32,000 bases of DNA. It comes from Cupriavidus necator (GTDB taxonomy: Bacteria > Pseudomonadota > Gammaproteobacteria > Burkholderiales > Burkholderiaceae). Below the pieces are notes generated by a model, which was not told the origin of the DNA, made no database searches, and saw only the letters and a program-made list of their open reading frames with translations. Positions 26,925 through 32,000 of the stretch are shown here, one piece after another. The stretch lies in assembly GCF_016127575.1 (NCBI RefSeq), contig NZ_CP066019.1, positions 1,200,001 to 1,232,000 of the forward strand. Direction: 5' to 3'. Both the position numbers and the translations under genes were made by a program. The stretch's first letter is position 1. Each line of letters starts with the position of its first letter.

Positions 26925-27629
26925 TTACAGCTCGGACAGCCCGAAGTGGCGCAGCCGGGGCAGGTCGGTCACGCGGATGCTCTGGTAGGACAGGTGGACC
27001 ATGCCGGCATCGGCCAGCCGGCGCAGCGCCTGGTTGACCCGCTGGCGCGACAGCCCGGTCAGCAGGCCGATCTCTTCCTGCGACAGCTCCAGCACGGGGC
27101 TGGTGCGCGGATACAGGTCCGGGTGGAACAGCTGCGCGATGGCCTGCGCCACGCGCGCATCGGCGCCCAGCAGGCGGTCGTTCTGCACGGTGGCGATGAA
27201 CTGGCCCATGCGCTCATTGAGCTGGCGCACGACAAAGCTGGCGAACGGCAGGCTCTGCGCCAGCAGCGTATTGAACACCGGCTCTGGCACCAGCAGCACC
27301 TGCGAGTCACGGATCGCGATCACGTCATAGCGGCGGTCTTCGCGCTTGATCACGCTGCCTTCGCCGCACCAGCCGCCGGCGGGCACGCCGGAGAAGGTGC
27401 AGCCGCGCCCGTCGGGGGTGTACACCGCCAGCTTGATCAGGCCGCTGTCCACCCCGATCCAGTGGCGCGACGGCTCGCCGCGCCGGGCGATGAAGGCGCC
27501 CGCGGCAAAGGACTGGAGCAGCGTTTCGCGCGCGGCCAGCGCCTGGTGTTCCGGCGCCAGGGCACCGAACCAGGCATGGCCGGCAAGGACTGCGGCAGGG
27601 GCGGAAATCGGGTCTGCAGGTTCGCTCAT
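26925..27629 (-). CDS. Crp/Fnr-family transcriptional regulator
   Basis: 234 aa from ATG 27629 (MSEPADP...); the track ORF extends to 28046. It has a cNMP-binding-like N-terminal half and the C-terminal HTH LSQEEIGLLTGLSRQRVNQALRRLADAG. Confidence 0.85.
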   Translation of the reverse strand: MSEPADPISAPAAVLAGHAWFGALAPEHQALAARETLLQSFAAGAFIARRGEPSRHWIGVDSGLIKLAVYTPDGRGCTFSGVPAGGWCGEGSVIKREDRRYDVIAIRDSQVLLVPEPVFNTLLAQSLPFASFVVRQLNERMGQFIATVQNDRLLGADARVAQAIAQLFHPDLYPRTSPVLELSQEEIGLLTGLSRQRVNQALRRLADAGMVHLSYQSIRVTDLPRLRHFGLSEL

Positions 27630-27897
27630 GGCATGGACGCGCGGCTCGGGCCGGGTCCCTGTAAGAATCGTGTAAGCCTTGCCTGGCGCGGGTTTGCGGC
27701 AGGTTTGTCGTCTCGGCGACAGTGCGCCAGCGTGTGCGATGATAGCCTTGTGCCAGAAAAAGTGACAGCGCCGGATGGCGCGGACAATGGTCACCTCGCC
27801 CCGGACATCGCTGCACCCATGCAGCGCATTGACAGCATCACGCGGCCTGTTGCGCGGCCCTGCCGCCAACGCCGCCAGATACGCGGAGACACAAGCA

Positions 27898-29532
27898 ATG
27901 CCCACCGATTTCGACAGCGGCCTGGCCCGCAACGCGGCCAACTTCGTGCCGCTTACGCCCATCGACTTCCTGGTCCGCGCCGCCGAGGTGTACGGCCAGC
28001 GCCTGGCCATCGTGCACGGCCCGCTGCGCCAGAACTGGCGCGACACCTATGCGCGCGCACGGCGCCTAGCCAGCGCGCTGGCGCGTGCCGGCATCGGCAA
28101 GGGCGATACCGTGGCCGCGCTGCTGCCCAATACGCCGGCCATGGTGGAGGCGCATTTCGGCGTGCCGATGGCGGGCGCCGTGCTCAATGCGCTCAATATC
28201 CGCCTCGACGCCGCCAACCTGGTCTTCATGCTGCGCCATGGCGAGGCGCGCGTGCTGCTGGCCGATACCGAGTTTGCCGACCTGGCGCGCCAGATGGCGC
28301 TGGAGATCCCCGGCCTGAAGGTCATCGCCGTGCATGACGTGCTGGGCCCGCAGGAGGCGCCGTTCGGCGACACCGATTACGAAGCCTTCCTCGCCTCGGG
28401 CGACTCGGACTACGCGTGGCACATGCCGGCCGACGAGTGGGAAGCCATCGCGCTGAACTACACCTCGGGCACCACCGGCGACCCCAAGGGCGTGGTCTAC
28501 CACCACCGCGGCGCGGCCATCAATGCCGTGTCCAACATCCTCGAGTGGGATTTGCCCAAGCACCCGGTCTACCTGTGGACGCTGCCGATGTTCCACTGCA
28601 ATGGCTGGTGCTTCCCGTGGACCGTTGCCGCGCGCGCGGGCGTCAACGTGTGCCTGCGCAAGTTCGAGCCCAGGCTGGTATTCGACCTGATGCGCGAAGA
28701 GGGCGTGACCCACTACTGCGCCGCGCCGATCGTGCATACCGCGCTGGTCAATGCGCCCGCCGCGTGGCGCGAGGGCGTGCGCGGCCCGGTGCGCGGCATG
28801 GTGGCCGGCGCGCCGCCGCCGGCCGCGGTGCTGGCGCAGATGGAGGCGATGGGGTTCGAGCTGACCCATGTCTATGGCCTGACCGAGGTCTACGGCCCGG
28901 CCGCGGTCTGCGCCGAGCAGGATGACTGGAGCACGCTGTCCGAGCAAGACCGCGCGGTCAGGAAGGCGCGTCAGGGCGTGCGCTATCACCTGCAGTCGCA
29001 GGTGGCGGTGCTCGATCCCGATTCCATGCAGCCGGTGCCGGCCGATGGCGAGACCATCGGCGAGATCATGTTCCGCGGCAATATCTGCATGAAGGGCTAC
29101 CTCAAGAACGAGAAGGCCACGCGCGAGGCCTTTGCCGGCGGCTGGTTCCATACCGGCGACCTGGGTGTGTGCATGCCCGATGGCTATATCAAGATCAAGG
29201 ACCGCAGCAAGGACATCATTATTTCCGGCGGCGAGAACATCTCCAGCGTTGAGGTGGAGGACGCGCTCTACCGGCATCCCGCGGTGCTGGCCGCCGCAGT
29301 GGTGGCGCAGCCCGATGCCAGGTGGGGCGAGACCCCATGCGCGTTTGTCGAACTGAAGGACGGCGCCAGCGTCAGCGCGGAAGAACTGATCGCGCATTGC
29401 CGCACGCTGCTGGCGGGCTTCAAGGTGCCCAAGGCGGTCTACTTCGGGCCGCTGCCCAAGACCTCGACCGGCAAGATCCAGAAGTTCGAGCTGCGCCGCA
29501 AGGTGAAGTCGGATTCGGCGATCGACGTTTGA
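27898..29532 (+). CDS. AMP-dependent acyl-CoA synthetase/ligase
   Basis: 544 aa from ATG 27898 (GGAGA upstream). AMP-binding motif LNYTSGTTGDPKGV, YGLTE, WFHTGDLG, ...DRSKDIIISGGENISS, and a C-terminal PKTSTGKIQK. Confidence 0.9.
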   Translation: MPTDFDSGLARNAANFVPLTPIDFLVRAAEVYGQRLAIVHGPLRQNWRDTYARARRLASALARAGIGKGDTVAALLPNTPAMVEAHFGVPMAGAVLNALNIRLDAANLVFMLRHGEARVLLADTEFADLARQMALEIPGLKVIAVHDVLGPQEAPFGDTDYEAFLASGDSDYAWHMPADEWEAIALNYTSGTTGDPKGVVYHHRGAAINAVSNILEWDLPKHPVYLWTLPMFHCNGWCFPWTVAARAGVNVCLRKFEPRLVFDLMREEGVTHYCAAPIVHTALVNAPAAWREGVRGPVRGMVAGAPPPAAVLAQMEAMGFELTHVYGLTEVYGPAAVCAEQDDWSTLSEQDRAVRKARQGVRYHLQSQVAVLDPDSMQPVPADGETIGEIMFRGNICMKGYLKNEKATREAFAGGWFHTGDLGVCMPDGYIKIKDRSKDIIISGGENISSVEVEDALYRHPAVLAAAVVAQPDARWGETPCAFVELKDGASVSAEELIAHCRTLLAGFKVPKAVYFGPLPKTSTGKIQKFELRRKVKSDSAIDV

Positions 29533-29541
29533 TGGGCTGAA

Positions 29542-29562
29542 GCGGCGCTGGTGCAGCGCCGC
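29542..29562. terminator. Hairpin between convergent genes (possible bidirectional terminator)
   Basis: GCGGCGCT (29542-29549), loop ggtgc, AGCGCCGC (29555-29562). There is no clear U-run. It overlaps the stop codon of the minus-strand 90-aa ORF. Confidence 0.3.
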
Positions 29563-29834
29563 TATTGCAGCGCCGCGTCCTCGGCATCGTGCAGGCCGGC
29601 GATGTGCGTGTCGATGGCCTCGCGCCCCCAGGCAATGCCCGCGCGCGTGGCGTCGGTGGCGCAGCCAAAGCGCGTCTGCGCGGCCGGGCAGGGCAGCGCC
29701 AGCTTGCTGCCGTGATGCCAGATCTCCGCGCGCAGCGTCCACCACCCGTCATGCTGGCCGCCATAGCGCAGCGCCGCGACATGGATGCGGTGGCCGCGGT
29801 ATGTCACGTTCTGGTCATGCCATCCGCTGGGCAT
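29562..29834 (-). CDS. Small hypothetical protein (90 aa)
   Basis: G/C-rich third codon positions throughout. It lies 24 nt downstream of the preceding minus-strand ORF. No obvious SD, so the start is uncertain. Confidence 0.5.
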   Translation of the reverse strand: MPSGWHDQNVTYRGHRIHVAALRYGGQHDGWWTLRAEIWHHGSKLALPCPAAQTRFGCATDATRAGIAWGREAIDTHIAGLHDAEDAALQ

Positions 29835-29858
29835 AGACGTGAGGCGCGCCGGGGCAAC

Positions 29859-30137
29859 TCAACGCGCCCGCATCTCGGCGGGGTTGCCGGGTTTGGGCGG
29901 GCGGTGCCAGTCCTGGTCGATGTCCGGGAACACCTCACATTCACCCCGCACGATGTTTTCAATGGTGGCGCATACGCATTCGGTGCCGCGCGGCCCCACG
30001 CAGACCAGGCTGCGCGGATGGTCGGTGTGCTGCGGGATGGCATAGACACGCATGCCCTCGCGGAAGAGGGGATGCTTGGTGAGGCGCTCGTTCATCAGTT
30101 CAACGAAGCGCTGGGGAGTGACGACCGGCTTATCCAT
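29859..30137 (-). CDS. Small hypothetical protein (92 aa)
   Basis: ATG 30137 with GGAG 7 nt upstream, and coding-like codon usage. I recognise no family. Confidence 0.6.
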   Translation of the reverse strand: MDKPVVTPQRFVELMNERLTKHPLFREGMRVYAIPQHTDHPRSLVCVGPRGTECVCATIENIVRGECEVFPDIDQDWHRPPKPGNPAEMRAR

Positions 30138-30376
30138 TGCATGCTCCTGCGGCCTTGCCCACCGTGCCCGTTTCTAGGGGCGGCATGGCGACCAGGTCAG
30201 TTAAGGCCAGGAATATGACAGGCAGGTGGCAGGAAGCGCCCCGGGCAGCATACGTTGCCCGGGCGTGGCCGGAACGGAAAACCGCAGGTAAATGCATACC
30301 CTGCGTTGCCACTGCCACGCTTCCAGACTAGGACACGCGGCACGTAGTGCAAGTGTTGCGCGATGCCGTGGGGGCT

Positions 30377-30625
30377 TCAGGTGGCGTGCAGCTCGCCTGC
30401 GGCGCGCGGACCGTTCAGTATGCCGTTGCCGGCGGCCCAGCAGGCGGCCTCGGCCTCTGCGCGGGAACCGTAGGTGGATGGCGCTGCGACGGTGCAATCC
30501 TCGTCGGCGGCGCCACAGCGTTCTTCCATGACGATGCGCCAGGTGAACTGGCCGGGTGCATCTTCAAGGACGTGAAGCACCAATGTGCGGTGATCGTCAG
30601 TCAGCGTGAGGGGCAAAGTCGACAT
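30377..30625 (-). CDS. Small hypothetical protein (82 aa)
   Basis: ATG 30625 (MSTLPLTLTDD...) is preceded by GGGAGA at 5 nt. The track ORF 30377..30784 was trimmed. I recognise no family. Confidence 0.6.
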   Translation of the reverse strand: MSTLPLTLTDDHRTLVLHVLEDAPGQFTWRIVMEERCGAADEDCTVAAPSTYGSRAEAEAACWAAGNGILNGPRAAGELHAT

Positions 30626-30761
30626 GGCTGTCTCCCGTTCGCGGGTGGGCGCCATTGATGCTAGCAAGAGGTCGCCGCAAATGCCATGACTGTCTTGCGG
30701 CCGCGGCATGGCAAGATACGGCCTTTGCGGCCTTCGCCGCGCCTGTACTTTCCGCCAGACC

Positions 30762-31892
30762 ATGCCCATCTCGCCTGAGCTCAACCAAGGGGTCGCCGCC
30801 CTGACGGCACATTACGATGCCACCGTGCTGCCGCTGTGGACCGCCAGCGGCTGGAACGGCGACCTGCTGCTGCCCTACGAGGCACTCGACGGCGCCAGTG
30901 CCGCGCCGTTGGCGCCGGCCCGCTATCGCGCCATGGCATGCGCCCGCCAGCTCTATGTGTTCTCGCTGGCCGGCAACCATGCGCATGCCGATACGCTGTT
31001 CGGCTCGCTGCAGGCCTACTTCGGCAATGGCGAGGGCGCGTGGCTCTACAGCGTCGACCCGGCCGGCACGCCGCTCGATGCCACGCGCGACCTCTATACG
31101 CATGCCTTCGTGATCTTCGCCTGCGCCAACTATCATGCGCGGCGCGGCAATCCCGATGCGCTCGACGTGCTCGATGAAACCGTCGATGTCGTCGAGGACC
31201 TCTTCGGCGACGAACAGGGCCTGTACCACGCCGCGCTTACCGAGCATTTCCGGCCCAAGGGCGCCGGCGTGCTGCAGAACCCCATCATGCACCTGACCGA
31301 GGCCTACCTGGCCGCGCTGGATGCGACCGGGGACGAATGGTATGCCGAACGCCTGCGCGAGATCGCGATGGCGGTGCATGAGCGCTTTGTCGATCCGGCC
31401 AGCGGCTGCATTGCCGAGCTGCCCCAAGGCAGCCCCGGCAACCGCATCGAGCCGGGCCACCAGTTCGAGTGGTTCTCGCTGGTGGCAGGCAGGCCGTCGC
31501 TGCTCGGCGACCTGCCGCTGGCCGATACGCTGCGCCAGGCCTTTGCCTTTGCGCAGCGGCACGGCGTGGTGCCGTCGACGCAGGGCGTCAGCGCGGCACT
31601 GAACGCCGATGGCTCCATGCTGGACGATACCCAGCGCATCTGGGCGCAGACCGAATATGCGCGCGCGCTCGCCGTGCATGGCGCGCCGGAGTCGCTGGCG
31701 GCGCTGGAAGCCTGGACGCAGCAGTTCCGCAGCCGCTTCCTGCACGATCACGGCTGGCATGAATGCCTGGCGCGCTCGGGCAGCGTGGTACGCGCCGAAA
31801 TGCCTTCGACCTCGCCGTACCACCTGGCGACGTCCTACTCGGCGCTCGCCGCGCTGGCCGGCGTGGCGTGGCCGGCATTGCCAGGGGCTTAG
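30762..31892 (+). CDS. AGE-family epimerase/isomerase (N-acylglucosamine 2-epimerase-like)
   Basis: (alpha/alpha)6-barrel family pattern: HAFVIFACANYH..., NPIMHLTEAYLAAL, IEPGHQFEWFSLV, QRIWAQTEYARAL. Start chosen at ATG 30762; the alternative ATG 30708 would add an Arg/Cys-rich 18 aa. Confidence 0.8.
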   Translation: MPISPELNQGVAALTAHYDATVLPLWTASGWNGDLLLPYEALDGASAAPLAPARYRAMACARQLYVFSLAGNHAHADTLFGSLQAYFGNGEGAWLYSVDPAGTPLDATRDLYTHAFVIFACANYHARRGNPDALDVLDETVDVVEDLFGDEQGLYHAALTEHFRPKGAGVLQNPIMHLTEAYLAALDATGDEWYAERLREIAMAVHERFVDPASGCIAELPQGSPGNRIEPGHQFEWFSLVAGRPSLLGDLPLADTLRQAFAFAQRHGVVPSTQGVSAALNADGSMLDDTQRIWAQTEYARALAVHGAPESLAALEAWTQQFRSRFLHDHGWHECLARSGSVVRAEMPSTSPYHLATSYSALAALAGVAWPALPGA

Positions 31893-32000
31893 GCCACCCT
31901 GCGCCAGGCGGTGCGGCAGCACGATGCGCTGCTGCGGGGCGTTTGTGGCGGCACAGGCCCTGCAGAGGCAGCCGCGTAGGCGGCTACCGCGCTCTTATCA

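Noticed and set aside
27762-27841. Candidate Crp/Fnr sites in the Crp/Fnr-acyl-CoA synthetase intergenic region: GTGAC (27762-27766) ... GTCAC (27790-27794), and TTGACAGCATCAC (27829-27841).
   Set aside because: The first has 5-bp arms 23 nt apart. The second does not fit TTGAT-N4-ATCAA or TGTGA-N6-TCACA spacing. Both are too weak to call.
30302-30317. Sigma54-like element on the minus strand, TGGCAGTGGCAACGCA, with correct GG-N10-GC spacing, 165 nt upstream of the 92-aa ORF.
   Set aside because: The -12 box is ACGCA rather than TTGCA. There is no enhancer-binding-protein gene nearby, and a single weak match is expected by chance in GC-rich DNA.

Overview
High-GC chromosomal window that looks betaproteobacterial (Cupriavidus/Ralstonia-like codon usage); the taxon is inference only. 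Hand-counted 60-nt lines in the flanks are about 70% GC.
(i) 1-7257, minus strand: a six-gene peptide uptake/catabolism operon. It encodes an FAD oxidoreductase, an MlrC-like M81 peptidase, a family-5 substrate-binding protein, two permeases and an ABC ATPase that runs off the window. An XRE-cupin regulator (7445-8182) is divergently paired with it.
(ii) 8183-17194: a visibly lower-GC accessory island with no mobility genes. It carries an orphan type VI secretion cargo operon: vgrG, a DUF4123 adaptor, two tandemly duplicated lipoprotein genes (candidate immunity), a Tle1/DUF2235-family phospholipase effector, and a stand-alone long-form TssL (DotU + OmpA/MotB domain). This is the most interesting part of the window. 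The three main points are the orphan TssL inside an effector operon, the lipoprotein duplication with a gene-conversion-like divergence gradient, and the long uncharacterised C-terminal half of the lipase.
(iii) 17195-23361: ordinary genes, namely an MFS transporter, TetR, SDR, a DHA2-like MFS transporter, an Old Yellow Enzyme-type flavin reductase and a VOC/glyoxalase-fold protein.
(iv) 23400-26161: a small membrane ORF, a 544-aa lipoprotein of unknown function, and a truncated paralog remnant of that gene.
(v) 26162-31892: an AraC-type regulator, a Crp/Fnr regulator, an acyl-CoA synthetase, three small unknown ORFs and an AGE-family epimerase.
I saw no rRNA, tRNA, CRISPR array, transposase or integrase. 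Many long ORFs in the supplied track are antisense or shadow frames typical of GC-rich DNA and were rejected.
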